DNA of 64,000 nucleotides from IMG/VR virus record IMGVR_UViG_3300028840_003906, one strand, 5' to 3'. The notes below the pieces were generated by a model. That model made no database searches and had not been told where the DNA came from. It was given only the letters and a program-made list of their open reading frames with translations. The stretch's first letter is position 1; each line of letters opens with the position of its first letter. The position numbers and the translations under genes were made by a program. Shown one piece after another: positions 1-8,766 of this stretch. Source of the stretch: a virus.

Positions 1-360
1 TTCAAGGGGGCTGACTATCTCGGCGGATCCACCGTCGAGTGGATCATCCCCAGGGACGAGGCGGTTATTGATCAGATCAAGGACCGGCTGAAAGAAAGCG
101 TGGACACTGTTCGGTCTCTGCACGAGGAGAGAGATCGGATTGTTCCGCTTGTCTGTGAGGAGATGCGTCCGGGTGAGGAGGTTCTTCCGTTTGTGGATTT
201 GAATGGAGATTTGCGGGAGGAAGTTGGTCGAAGGCTGAAGGTCGTCGCGCAGGGGATCGAGAAGCTTCCGGAGTGCAAGCTGAAGTCGAAGGGGCGCCCG
301 AAATATTGCGATGGGCGAGACCTCTGCTTCGGGGTGAGGAAGAGAAAAAAGAAGATCTGA
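1..360 (+). CDS. C-terminal end of a probable PD-(D/E)XK / Cas4-like exonuclease (5' end outside window)
   Basis: Frame 1 is open from base 1 (FKGADYLGGSTVEWIIPRDEAVIDQIK...). It ends in a Cys cluster, PEC...KYCDGRDLCF, like the Cas4/AddB C-terminal cluster, and lies next to a RuvC-like gene. Confidence 0.5.
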   Translation, partial: FKGADYLGGSTVEWIIPRDEAVIDQIKDRLKESVDTVRSLHEERDRIVPLVCEEMRPGEEVLPFVDLNGDLREEVGRRLKVVAQGIEKLPECKLKSKGRPKYCDGRDLCFGVRKRKKKI

Positions 361-434
361 CGGATGTAGCAGCTGTCCGCTGGTGTTATAATACTCCTGC
401 TGAATTGCGTTCTCAATCTGATGCAGGAGTCCAC

Positions 435-665
435 ATGAAAACCGAGGACAGCGGGAAATTCGTTAGGCATGTCGAGACCCCCATGGGGGGAGGATACAAG
501 GTCGTTCAATCGAAGAAGAGCGGCGAGAATCTGATCGAGGTTTCGTATTTTGATAGGTATGGAGTTGAGCACAAGGAGCGGCATCTCGTTAAAGGAGAGA
601 GCTTCTGGAGAAGGTTGCTGGATGGTTTTTTGGCGATTCTGAAGTGGATCGCGAGAAGGTTGTAG
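435..665 (+). CDS. hypothetical protein
   Basis: ATG at 435 after an AGGAG RBS; in frame with track ORF 273..665. Confidence 0.65.
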   Translation: MKTEDSGKFVRHVETPMGGGYKVVQSKKSGENLIEVSYFDRYGVEHKERHLVKGESFWRRLLDGFLAILKWIARRL

Positions 666-1196
666 ATGAAATACTACATGGGGTTGGATCTTTCGGTCAC
701 AGCATGCGGTTGCGTGCTCATGGATGAGGACGGGGATGTCCTTGAAAGCGGGGCGTGGGGCTGGAAGCTCCCGAGAGATGCCTCGGTCAAGGAGAAGGTC
801 GAGCGGCTCGTTTATATCGCAGGTGAGATCCTGTCGATTGGAAACAAGGCCAACGATCGCGGGGAGCTGTTTGCTGCGATCGAGAACTACGCCTTCGGTG
901 CCCGGGGTGCCCAGAACGATCTCGGCGAGATCCATGGAACCGTGAAGACGCAGTTGTACTTGTCGTTGAGCTTGTACCCGGAGATGGTTTCTCCCGCGTC
1001 TGCCAGGAAGCGGGTCCTTGGAAAAGGGCGATTCTCGAAGGGTACGAAGGGGAAGAAGGAAATCGTTGCTGCCGTGCAGGAGCGCGGCTTTTGTGTGGAT
1101 GACCACAACATTGCAGATGCATGGGTGGTCGCTGAGTTTTTGCGGTTGAAGCAAAAGGAGATGAAAGATGGCAAAGGGAAAAGCGAAGAAGGTTGA
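666..1196 (+). CDS. ruvC: RuvC-like Holliday junction resolvase
   Basis: N-terminal YMGLDLS, central AIENY and C-terminal HNIADA acidic motifs of the RuvC/RNase H fold. Confidence 0.85.
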   Translation: MKYYMGLDLSVTACGCVLMDEDGDVLESGAWGWKLPRDASVKEKVERLVYIAGEILSIGNKANDRGELFAAIENYAFGARGAQNDLGEIHGTVKTQLYLSLSLYPEMVSPASARKRVLGKGRFSKGTKGKKEIVAAVQERGFCVDDHNIADAWVVAEFLRLKQKEMKDGKGKSEEG

Positions 1197-2016
1197 CGAA
1201 GGAAAGAAGGCGGACCTGGCGGTTGTCGGCGAGGGCCAGGAGGATGGGCAGGTTGTCGAGCATGCCGAAGTCAGGGAAACGATCCTGAACCTTCTCAAGG
1301 AGACGGAGAACAAGACCTGGGATCTCGGTGTGGCCATGGAGATGGCGTACTCGAACGACATGTACCGGAGCTGGGGTTTCGAGAGCTGGAAGAAGTACGT
1401 CGAGGATGAGCTGCAGATTCATATTCGGAAGGCGCAGTTCTTGCTGAAGTTGCAGAAGTGGTTCAAGGACATGCCGTCTCAGATCCAGGAGTGGATCCGG
1501 GGGCTCGGGTGGACCAAGGCTCGTATGCTCATGCACGCTGTGACCGTCGAGAACGCCGCCGAGTGGCGTGACAAGGTCGAGGGCAAGACGGTGTCCGAGA
1601 TCGACAAGATGCTCAAGGAGGCGAAGGTATCCGGCGAACTCGAAGAGGAAGAAGGTGAAGATGGGGATGGCGGCAAGAAGAAGGAGGATGTTGCCAAAAA
1701 GAAGAGCTTCAGCTTGTTTCCGCAGCAGGACGAGAACGTCGATCGCGCGCTGGACAAGGCGATGGAGATCTCTGGCAGTGAGAAGCCAGGAAACAATCTG
1801 GATCTGATCTGCACCGAGTTCCTCGCAAACAACGTCGACATCAACTCTGTCCAGGAGCACCTCAAGGCGCAGGAGCGCATGCTCGGCCTCAAGATCGTCG
1901 CGTATTCCGAGGCGGAAGATCGTATCGTCTTCGGTTCCGATCTCATCAAAGCGATGGAAGAGATGGACAAGCGTGACGAGGCCCGTGAGACGGACGCCGA
2001 CTACGCGGACCAGTAG
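1168..2016 (+). CDS. hypothetical phage protein, possibly DNA-binding (DUF3102-like)
   Basis: WDLG..YRSWGFESWKKYVEDELQIHIRKAQFL pattern; strongly biased codon usage. Confidence 0.6.
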   Translation: MAKGKAKKVDEGKKADLAVVGEGQEDGQVVEHAEVRETILNLLKETENKTWDLGVAMEMAYSNDMYRSWGFESWKKYVEDELQIHIRKAQFLLKLQKWFKDMPSQIQEWIRGLGWTKARMLMHAVTVENAAEWRDKVEGKTVSEIDKMLKEAKVSGELEEEEGEDGDGGKKKEDVAKKKSFSLFPQQDENVDRALDKAMEISGSEKPGNNLDLICTEFLANNVDINSVQEHLKAQERMLGLKIVAYSEAEDRIVFGSDLIKAMEEMDKRDEARETDADYADQ

Positions 2017-2115
2017 TCCTTTCCGGTTTTCGGTTGCGCCTGGAATCTATTCCTGATAAAGATCGATCTAGAAGGTTGATGTCTGGGCTTCGGCCCGTGC
2101 TTCAGGGAGGATGTC

Positions 2116-2586
2116 GTGGGAGAACCGACCGGGTCGATTTCAGTCCAACCAGGGGCCGCTATTGCAGGGGCGGAACCGATCGCATCAGCGCCACAGGGCA
2201 CCCACGAATGTACAGGATGTAGGTACGAGGAGAAGATCGACAAGGGTCCTCTGGGCCTCACTCGTGATACCTGGGCGAAGCTCATCATCTGGTTCATTCC
2301 CATGGTGTTCTTTGCCGGTGGGACCTTCGTTTCGATGAGGAACTTGACCGAGAAAGTTGGGGACCACGGGGATGCGATCGAGAATGTTCGATCCGCCCAA
2401 ACTGATGTCGAGAAGACGCAGGTCCAGCACGAAGCCACCATCAGCGCAATCCAAGAGACACAAAAAGAATTGAAGGGGTCGGTCAAGGCGATCGACAACA
2501 AGCTCGACAACCATGGGAAGATCCTGAGCGCCATGGAGGTTCGCTTCAAGTTGGATACGGGGCGAGCCGGGGGTAGTGTCGAGTAG
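2116..2586 (+). CDS. membrane protein with one TM helix plus coiled coil, holin-like
   Basis: AGGGAGG RBS and GTG start; hydrophobic LIIWFIPMVFFAGGTFV followed by heptad repeats. Confidence 0.55.
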   Translation: MGEPTGSISVQPGAAIAGAEPIASAPQGTHECTGCRYEEKIDKGPLGLTRDTWAKLIIWFIPMVFFAGGTFVSMRNLTEKVGDHGDAIENVRSAQTDVEKTQVQHEATISAIQETQKELKGSVKAIDNKLDNHGKILSAMEVRFKLDTGRAGGSVE

Positions 2587-2587
2587 G

Positions 2588-2603
2588 GCGAACTCAAGTT
2601 CGT
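2588..2603. repeat. 16-bp near-palindrome, copy 1
   Basis: gCGAACTCAAGTTCGt; 1 nt after a stop codon, about 8 bp before a -35 box. Confidence 0.95.
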
Positions 2604-2610
2604 TTTTCCA

Positions 2611-2639
2611 TTGTAAGAAGGTTGGCTGGATGCTACGAT
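2611..2639 (+). promoter_or_regulatory. sigma70-like promoter
   Basis: TTGTAA-17 nt-TACGAT with extended -10 TGn, upstream of the methyltransferase gene. Confidence 0.55.
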
Positions 2640-2722
2640 GCTCCTGGGTTGAGGAGTGTCCATGTTGATGTTTGACCGTTCATTGCCCGGGATCCCGGGC
2701 GATCCAAAGACAGGAGAATGAG

Positions 2723-4087
2723 ATGGGTGATGCGTTTGAGAAGCGCGGGGATCGCTGTTTTCTGAAGGGCTCGAAGCATGACGTCGAGATCTTGGAGGAT
2801 CTGACTGGGTTTTTGACCCCGGTTGGGGATGTAAAGGCAGACCCAGCGAATCCGAGGAAGACGGTCCTGATCGGGGATCTGGTCGCTGGCATTCGGAGAT
2901 TTGGGATCCGGTGGCCGATTCTCGTGAACAAGAGGACCGGGATCATTGAGGCTGGGCATCAGCGGTTGTTTGCGGCCCAGGAGCTGGGTCTTAGTCATGT
3001 TCCTGTGATATGGGCGGATGATGATAATGTCACTGCGACGAGCTTCAACATTTCGGACAATCGTCTCGGAGAGATTGTGGCCGAGTGGGACGACGAGGCC
3101 CTGGCCAAGCAGCTGAAGGCAATGATGGATGATGCCGACGATGCGCTCGACGCGCTCGATGGACTCGGGTTCGACGAGGAAGAGGCTTCGTGGATGATCT
3201 CCGAGTATCTGGACGGCCAGGGAGGGGGCACGGAGCCGCCCGAGCCGCCATCCCCGGACGAGGTTCCGGCTATCACTCAGCTGGGCGACGTTTGGGAGCT
3301 GGGGCCGCACAGGTTGATCTGTGGGGATTCTACCCAGAGGGCTGTCCTGGACAGGGTTCTGGATGGCGAGCAAGCAAAGATGATCTTCACAGATCCTCCG
3401 TACAATGTGGCGTACGGGAACGGTGCGGTGAAGATGGACAAGCACCGGGAGATCGAGAACGATGATCTGGGTGAAGACTTCAGGCCGTTCCTCCTGGATG
3501 TGATGCGCGCGATGCTCCCGGTGTGTGAGGGGGCGATCTACATTTGCATGTCCTCGTCGGAGTTGGATACCTTGCAGAGCACTTTCCGGGAGGCCGGGGG
3601 GCACTGGTCCACGTTCATCATCTGGTCGAAGAATACGTTCACTATCGGGCGCTCGGACTACCAGAGGCAGTACGAGCCAATCCTATATGGATGGCGCGAG
3701 GGGGCAAAAGGAAGGCACTGGTGTGGGGATCGGGATCAGGCTGACGTGTGGCACTACGACAAGCCGAAGAGGAACGACATCCATCCGACGATGAAGCCGA
3801 TCGAATTGGTCGAGCGCGCGATCAAAAACAGCTCCCTGCGGGACGACATCGTTTTTGATTCGTTCATGGGGAGTGGGACCACCATCATGGCTGCCGAGAA
3901 GCTTGGACGGCGTGGGTATGGGGTTGAGCTGGACACTCGGTACTGCGATGTGATTTGCCAGCGCTACCATGAGATGACGGGAACATCCCCGGTGCGAAAG
4001 TCGGACTCGGCGAAGTGGGCTGAATTGGCTCTGGATCAGGACGTCAAGACCGGCAACCCGAAGAAGAGGAAGCCCAAGAAGGAGTAG
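2723..4087 (+). CDS. ParB/Srx-like domain fused to an N4/N6 DNA methyltransferase
   Basis: N-terminal ADPANPRK...PILVN...IEAGHQRLFAA (ParB-like). Catalytic IFTDPPY, HPTMKP and SAM-binding DSFMGSGTT. AGGAG RBS before ATG 2723. Confidence 0.92.
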   Translation: MGDAFEKRGDRCFLKGSKHDVEILEDLTGFLTPVGDVKADPANPRKTVLIGDLVAGIRRFGIRWPILVNKRTGIIEAGHQRLFAAQELGLSHVPVIWADDDNVTATSFNISDNRLGEIVAEWDDEALAKQLKAMMDDADDALDALDGLGFDEEEASWMISEYLDGQGGGTEPPEPPSPDEVPAITQLGDVWELGPHRLICGDSTQRAVLDRVLDGEQAKMIFTDPPYNVAYGNGAVKMDKHREIENDDLGEDFRPFLLDVMRAMLPVCEGAIYICMSSSELDTLQSTFREAGGHWSTFIIWSKNTFTIGRSDYQRQYEPILYGWREGAKGRHWCGDRDQADVWHYDKPKRNDIHPTMKPIELVERAIKNSSLRDDIVFDSFMGSGTTIMAAEKLGRRGYGVELDTRYCDVICQRYHEMTGTSPVRKSDSAKWAELALDQDVKTGNPKKRKPKKE

Positions 4088-4089
4088 GA

Positions 4090-5178
4090 GTGCCGAGCGA
4101 GATCCTCCCTGCCCCGAAGATGGGGGTGTGCACGATATGTGGCACGTCGATCGATCTGAACGAGCTGCCTGGGGGGACGTGCATTGCGCACTTCGGGAGA
4201 ACTCTTCTCGATCTTTGTTGGAAGGCTTTCCCGAGCAGGCATTTCAAGGTTCACAAGGCGTTCAACCCTCTCGTCAAGTTTTCGGGTATCATAAAGGCGG
4301 AGAAGCTTCCAGTTGGGGTCCGGGAGTGGGTGTTCGCTAGAACGTTTGGTAGGGTTGGGATCGCTGCAGAGTTCGTTTTCTTGTTGCCGGGTACATTTGA
4401 TGAGCAGCCGACGGACGAAGAAGTCCTTGAGTTTGCGAAGGCGCAGATCGAGGCTGATCACCGGTTCGTTCATCTTCTTGTTGAGAGGATCATGCAGCGC
4501 GATCCATCGGAGTGGATTGCAGAGAGTATGGTTGGGGTGCCGGTGTTTGACCGGTTGGAGATGAGCGATTGGGACACATCTGTGATGCCGAAGATCACGA
4601 ACTTGAAGCGTGCGATTCGGTATGTTGATGAGATGTTCGGGGTGCCGGAGAAGATGCAGAAGTACCGCGCGGACCTTGAGCGAGAGCTTTCGCGTGCGAG
4701 AAGGATCTACGAGGACGCTTCCAAGAAGAAGCAGGAGGCCAACGAGGAGAGGAGCTTCTCCGCTGTGTTCAATGTGATTTCTCCTGCGCTAGACGAAGTG
4801 GATCTGCAGAGGTACCAGGAGGGGAGGTTCTCGGAGGAGGACGTCATCTTCTTCCTAAAGAAGGTGATGCTTGATCCGTTGGACTCGGAGTTCGAGAGGG
4901 TGGACAGGGGGCTCATGTACGGGATGGAACACGATGAGCTTTGTGTGGGGGCTCCTGTTGAGTCCGAGCAGAAGTACGACGGGTCTTTGACCCGGGAGGA
5001 GTTTGTCTCTTTGGAGGCGATCCGGGATGTGTTTGGCAGCAAGTTCGAGATATCGGTGCGGGAGTTCTCAGTCGGTTGTTCGGATTGCAAGGCCGGGGAC
5101 AGCGTGAGGTTTGCCAGGGTTTCTGCTGTTGTTGGGAAGCATCGTTTTTATGGGGAGTACATTCTCGGAGACCGTTGA
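4090..5178 (+). CDS. hypothetical protein
   Basis: 362-aa ORF with GGAG RBS and genome-typical codon usage. Confidence 0.75.
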   Translation: MPSEILPAPKMGVCTICGTSIDLNELPGGTCIAHFGRTLLDLCWKAFPSRHFKVHKAFNPLVKFSGIIKAEKLPVGVREWVFARTFGRVGIAAEFVFLLPGTFDEQPTDEEVLEFAKAQIEADHRFVHLLVERIMQRDPSEWIAESMVGVPVFDRLEMSDWDTSVMPKITNLKRAIRYVDEMFGVPEKMQKYRADLERELSRARRIYEDASKKKQEANEERSFSAVFNVISPALDEVDLQRYQEGRFSEEDVIFFLKKVMLDPLDSEFERVDRGLMYGMEHDELCVGAPVESEQKYDGSLTREEFVSLEAIRDVFGSKFEISVREFSVGCSDCKAGDSVRFARVSAVVGKHRFYGEYILGDR

Positions 5179-5309
5179 CAAACTGGCCGAATTAGTTTAT
5201 CAGAATGGTTCGATGGTCGGGTTTTGATTCCGGCATGGAGGAAGTGGTGTTCCAGAATTCGGTCAACAAGTATGTCGGAAGCATTCTCTTCTGATGTGGT
5301 GGAGGTGAG

Positions 5310-5993
5310 ATGCCTGGATCGAAAATGAAATCGAGCCTGTTTACGAGAGCTGTGCGCGAGAGGCTGAAGCGCGGGATGAGCAGGACTGAACTTTCGGGGA
5401 TTGTTGGGTATCCCGTTCCTACTGTTTCTGCTTGTGAGTGGCTCGGGTGTGATGGGCATGACACGGCAAGTCCGGACTGTATGGATATGATTGCAGCGTT
5501 GTACGGGATGGACACAGAGGACCTTTTTCCTATCAGTGGCTCAGCCATGAAGAGGTATGGGATCCCGGATTTTGATGTCATTTTTGATGATGGATTGCTT
5601 TTTCATGACAGTATGTCCTCTGACTGTGAGGTGCGCGAGATGCTTGAGATGTCGTTTGTTGGGTATTGCAACTTTTACAACTGGGATGAGTATTGCGTAG
5701 GGTTAAATAGGCATTCCCGGTACGCCAGGAATCTTGGTATTTCCCGGCACGCCAGGAATCTTGGTATTTTAATTGACAGAGTTGTATTCAGAAAGACGTT
5801 GAGTGAGATTGGAGATGAGCACGAGATTTCGAACGATCGTGTTAGTCAGGTTGTTAAGAAGGTTCGGGATGAGATGCCTTGGAAGCTGCGTGCTTTGTTC
5901 GGGGATGACTTCTTGCGTGACGCGAGAGAGCATCGGATGAGCGACTGGACACCGATCGATTTCGATCGTGAATCAATGATGCTAACCCGATGA
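5310..5993 (+). CDS. putative transcription regulator (N-terminal HTH; C-terminal sigma70 region 4-like HTH)
   Basis: GMSRTELSGIVG (XRE-like) and KTLSEIGDEHEISNDRVSQV (sigma region 4-like); GGAGGTG RBS. Confidence 0.55.
   Translation: MPGSKMKSSLFTRAVRERLKRGMSRTELSGIVGYPVPTVSACEWLGCDGHDTASPDCMDMIAALYGMDTEDLFPISGSAMKRYGIPDFDVIFDDGLLFHDSMSSDCEVREMLEMSFVGYCNFYNWDEYCVGLNRHSRYARNLGISRHARNLGILIDRVVFRKTLSEIGDEHEISNDRVSQVVKKVRDEMPWKLRALFGDDFLRDAREHRMSDWTPIDFDRESMMLTR
5714..5767 (+). repeat. 27-bp in-frame tandem duplication
   Basis: ttcccggYacgccaggaatcttggtat twice, encoding SRYARNLGI/SRHARNLGI. Confidence 0.9.
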
Positions 5994-6056
5994 TCAAAAG
6001 AGATGATCATGCGAAAGAGGCTGGATGCGGAAGTAGCTTTAGAAGGGTGATCTGAC

Positions 6057-6350
6057 ATGCAAGACGGATTTTTCACACACAAGTTTGAGGGCGTCGAGTT
6101 CACGATGAAGTACGAGGCTCTTGCCTTTGCGTCTATGGTGAGCGCGCGCGAAGGATTCAGGTTGATCCAGGTCCTTTACGAGAATCACTTGTACACGGTC
6201 TTGTTTGAGATGGAGGGCAGATTCTCTACGAAGGACGTGCAGAGGATGGTGCGGGAGATCAGCTTCAATGCACTGGCGAAGAGGCAGAACATGAAACGCG
6301 CGATCGAAGAGATCAGGAATCCGCGAGGAGATCAGCAAGATGAACAATGA
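6057..6350 (+). CDS. hypothetical protein
   Basis: ORF track; overlaps next gene start. Confidence 0.7.
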   Translation: MQDGFFTHKFEGVEFTMKYEALAFASMVSAREGFRLIQVLYENHLYTVLFEMEGRFSTKDVQRMVREISFNALAKRQNMKRAIEEIRNPRGDQQDEQ

Positions 6351-6603
6351 GAGACCTCTCCCGCATAATGCGGTGTTGATCGGGGCAAAGAACTGGGATG
6401 AGTACGAAGAAGAATGCAACATGCAGGGGTACAATTACTTCAACAGAAACGGTGACTACATAGAGAACTCACCCCATGTAGAGACATCTGACGCAAAGCT
6501 ATTCGCAGGGATCTTTGCAGGGGTGATCGGGTTGATCCTCCAAGCAGCATTCTGGATGATAGTCGCCATGGCTGTACTCTACGTGATCAGAGAGCTTGGG
6601 TAG
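6340..6603 (+). CDS. small membrane protein
   Basis: C-terminal hydrophobic segment; A/C-richer than neighbours. Confidence 0.6.
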   Translation: MNNERPLPHNAVLIGAKNWDEYEEECNMQGYNYFNRNGDYIENSPHVETSDAKLFAGIFAGVIGLILQAAFWMIVAMAVLYVIRELG

Positions 6604-6654
6604 ATCCAAACCTGCTGTTGACATAACGAACAAACAAACAAAAAGAGTTGACAA

Positions 6655-7170
6655 ATGGAAGAAAACGACAATAAAAAGAATAACACGCCTGACGATCTAT
6701 CTATCGAACTGGCCCAGGATACCCCTGAGGACTCAGAAAACTCAGAAAACCTCTGCGAAACGGATGATTTTCTTCTCCCAGAATTTACGCCCGAGCAGAA
6801 GGCGGAGGCCGAGCAGCACTTCAAGGAGTGCGTGGCGAAGCTGAAGTCGGAGCATCCAGGGGATATCGGTATGGTGAACCTGCTGACGGATTCCTTGGTT
6901 GTCAGGGCAGTGGCTGCGTGGCCCAACGTGGAGAGGGACGTGCTGTATGATGCCACGAGGACGGAGAACCCCTGGGCGCAGATCTGGTACGCGGCAGAGA
7001 CATGGATGATGGCGGCGAGGATCCCGAAGGATCATCGCGAGGGGGTGAGGGTTTGTGTGATCCAGAATCACCTGGTGTACCCGGATGGGGATATCCCTCA
7101 GCCGGTGAAGGCATTTTTGGCTCAGGCAGGCAGGGATCTGCTGGGTCTACCACAAAGAGGTGGGCGATGA
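6655..7170 (+). CDS. hypothetical protein
   Basis: ORF track; ATGA overlap with next gene. Confidence 0.65.
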   Translation: MEENDNKKNNTPDDLSIELAQDTPEDSENSENLCETDDFLLPEFTPEQKAEAEQHFKECVAKLKSEHPGDIGMVNLLTDSLVVRAVAAWPNVERDVLYDATRTENPWAQIWYAAETWMMAARIPKDHREGVRVCVIQNHLVYPDGDIPQPVKAFLAQAGRDLLGLPQRGGR

Positions 7171-7379
7171 GTGTCTCGGAAGAGCAGAAGAGGAATGCAA
7201 AATGGATCGGTCTCGGGTTGGCCTGCACGGCGACGAGTTCTTTCTTCATTTGGGCTATTGATGATCCCGACTGGTTCACCTGGGTGGGGCTGGGAGCTGC
7301 GATTGGGATCGTCGTGATCGGAGTTGCCTCTGCGTTCATCGATTGGAGGAAAGAGAATTGCAAAAGGGGAAAAGGGTGA
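7167..7379 (+). CDS. small two-TM membrane protein
   Basis: GAGGTG RBS; two hydrophobic stretches. Confidence 0.65.
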   Translation: MSVSEEQKRNAKWIGLGLACTATSSFFIWAIDDPDWFTWVGLGAAIGIVVIGVASAFIDWRKENCKRGKG

Positions 7380-7582
7380 TGTCAAGAGGATCCTCGCGCC
7401 ATGATCCAGAGAAGAGGCAGAACAGGTGCCCGGGTGGGGAGTGGACCTGTCCGTACTTTGATGGGGAATGGTGTGAGAAGATCCTTGCTCCCAAGCATGT
7501 TCTGACGAGTTGTCGAGGGGACCGTCATAGCTGCAAGAAGCAGATGGTCCGGGATGATCGTCACAGGTGGAAAAAGAGATAG
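7379..7582 (+). CDS. small Cys-rich protein
   Basis: CPGGEWTCPYFDGEWC...C..C; coupled start/stop. Confidence 0.55.
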   Translation: MSRGSSRHDPEKRQNRCPGGEWTCPYFDGEWCEKILAPKHVLTSCRGDRHSCKKQMVRDDRHRWKKR

Positions 7583-7584
7583 AT

Positions 7585-7971
7585 ATGATGAAGACACGGT
7601 ACGTGAAGAGCTTTGGCCGGAGGGACGGTCTCATTGCTGCGGGCGATCCAGATGCTGAGCGATGCGTCGATTGCGAGAACTCCTTCGATGTCCCGCTTCT
7701 GTGCAGGGAGTTCGTGGATGCGGTTGGCAAGTACGAGTACTGCAGCATCGTGAGGAAACGGATGGAGCACAGCGGTGCTGACAAGAGGTTCTGTGAGAAG
7801 TTTCGTCGAAAAGGTGAGGCCGAGGCTGAAGAGGAACCGGTGGTTGTAGGGAGGGGAGCAGGTGCGAAGCGCGGAGTGCCAATCCTGGCCCAGATCTTCG
7901 CTTTCTTCAAGTGTGGCGGATCCGGAGTGCACGTCCGGGCTCTGCCGGAAAATAAGGAGGATACAGAATGA
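7585..7971 (+). CDS. Cys-rich hypothetical protein
   Basis: CVDC, LLC, YCS, FCEK motifs. Confidence 0.6.
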   Translation: MMKTRYVKSFGRRDGLIAAGDPDAERCVDCENSFDVPLLCREFVDAVGKYEYCSIVRKRMEHSGADKRFCEKFRRKGEAEAEEEPVVVGRGAGAKRGVPILAQIFAFFKCGGSGVHVRALPENKEDTE

Positions 7972-8381
7972 TTATGGTTGCGTTTGGTGTTGTGGCAACT
8001 TGGGTGATGATTGTCCTGGGTGGGCATCCGGTGCTTTTGGATAAGGACATGGAGAGCTGGAATTATGTGATCCTTGTTCTTTCTTTGTTCATGGGATGGA
8101 CGACGATCCAGGCTTACAAGGTGAACAAGGTCGCCAAGCAGTATGCTGCTGAAAAGAGGACGGTGTGTGATGATCGGCGCGAGATGTTCGGCAAATGGCC
8201 TATGCCCGAGCCTGCCATCGTCATCTACCCCAAGGAGGTCTCCGAGGATAGCTGGATCGTTGAGACCAACTACTATGACGACAGGTGCGGTGGTGGCTTC
8301 ATTGGGCGCGGGAAGACCAAGAGAGAGGCGATGAAGGATCTTTGGTCGTTCTTGTACAAAGAGGAGGGCGGCGATGAGTGA
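7968..8381 (+). CDS. membrane protein
   Basis: AAGGAGG RBS; two N-terminal TM segments. Confidence 0.7.
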   Translation: MIMVAFGVVATWVMIVLGGHPVLLDKDMESWNYVILVLSLFMGWTTIQAYKVNKVAKQYAAEKRTVCDDRREMFGKWPMPEPAIVIYPKEVSEDSWIVETNYYDDRCGGGFIGRGKTKREAMKDLWSFLYKEEGGDE

Positions 8382-8766
8382 GTCGATATTTGACAAAAGC
8401 GTGGAGGAGCTTGCGGATGCTCGCCGGATGATCAGAGAGGGATCGGATATCCTTGGTGAAGCTTGTGTTCGGTATGTAGATCTTCGTCGCAAGAACGAGA
8501 GGATGGCCGAGGAGATCGAGAGGTTGGAGGCTCGGGTGAAAGATCTGGAGAACGCGAACTCAAGTTCGTCCTGTCCATCTGATGGAAGTGCTCGGCGGAC
8601 AGAGGAGCGTGCTCTTCGTGCGTTTGCTCTGTGGCTGGATGGCATAAATGGGCCGATGAAGGTTCGTGTCAGAGGTGAGGAAGGGGGGGCGCCGTACGAT
8701 CGGGAGGTTTCCCTCTCGGACGCGGTGACTGACTTCCTGGCGGAGCTGAAGGAGTACCCGCAATGA
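8374..8766 (+). CDS. hypothetical protein
   Basis: GGAGG RBS; coiled coil; contains one copy of the 16-bp palindrome. Confidence 0.7.
   Translation: MSESIFDKSVEELADARRMIREGSDILGEACVRYVDLRRKNERMAEEIERLEARVKDLENANSSSSCPSDGSARRTEERALRAFALWLDGINGPMKVRVRGEEGGAPYDREVSLSDAVTDFLAELKEYPQ
8554..8569. repeat. 16-bp near-palindrome, copy 2
   Basis: gCGAACTCAAGTTCGt; mid-CDS. Confidence 0.95.

Noticed and set aside
5200-5300. Possible tRNA (ggttcgat...gattcc resembling a T-loop)
   Set aside because: No acceptor stem, D-arm or anticodon arm could be built.
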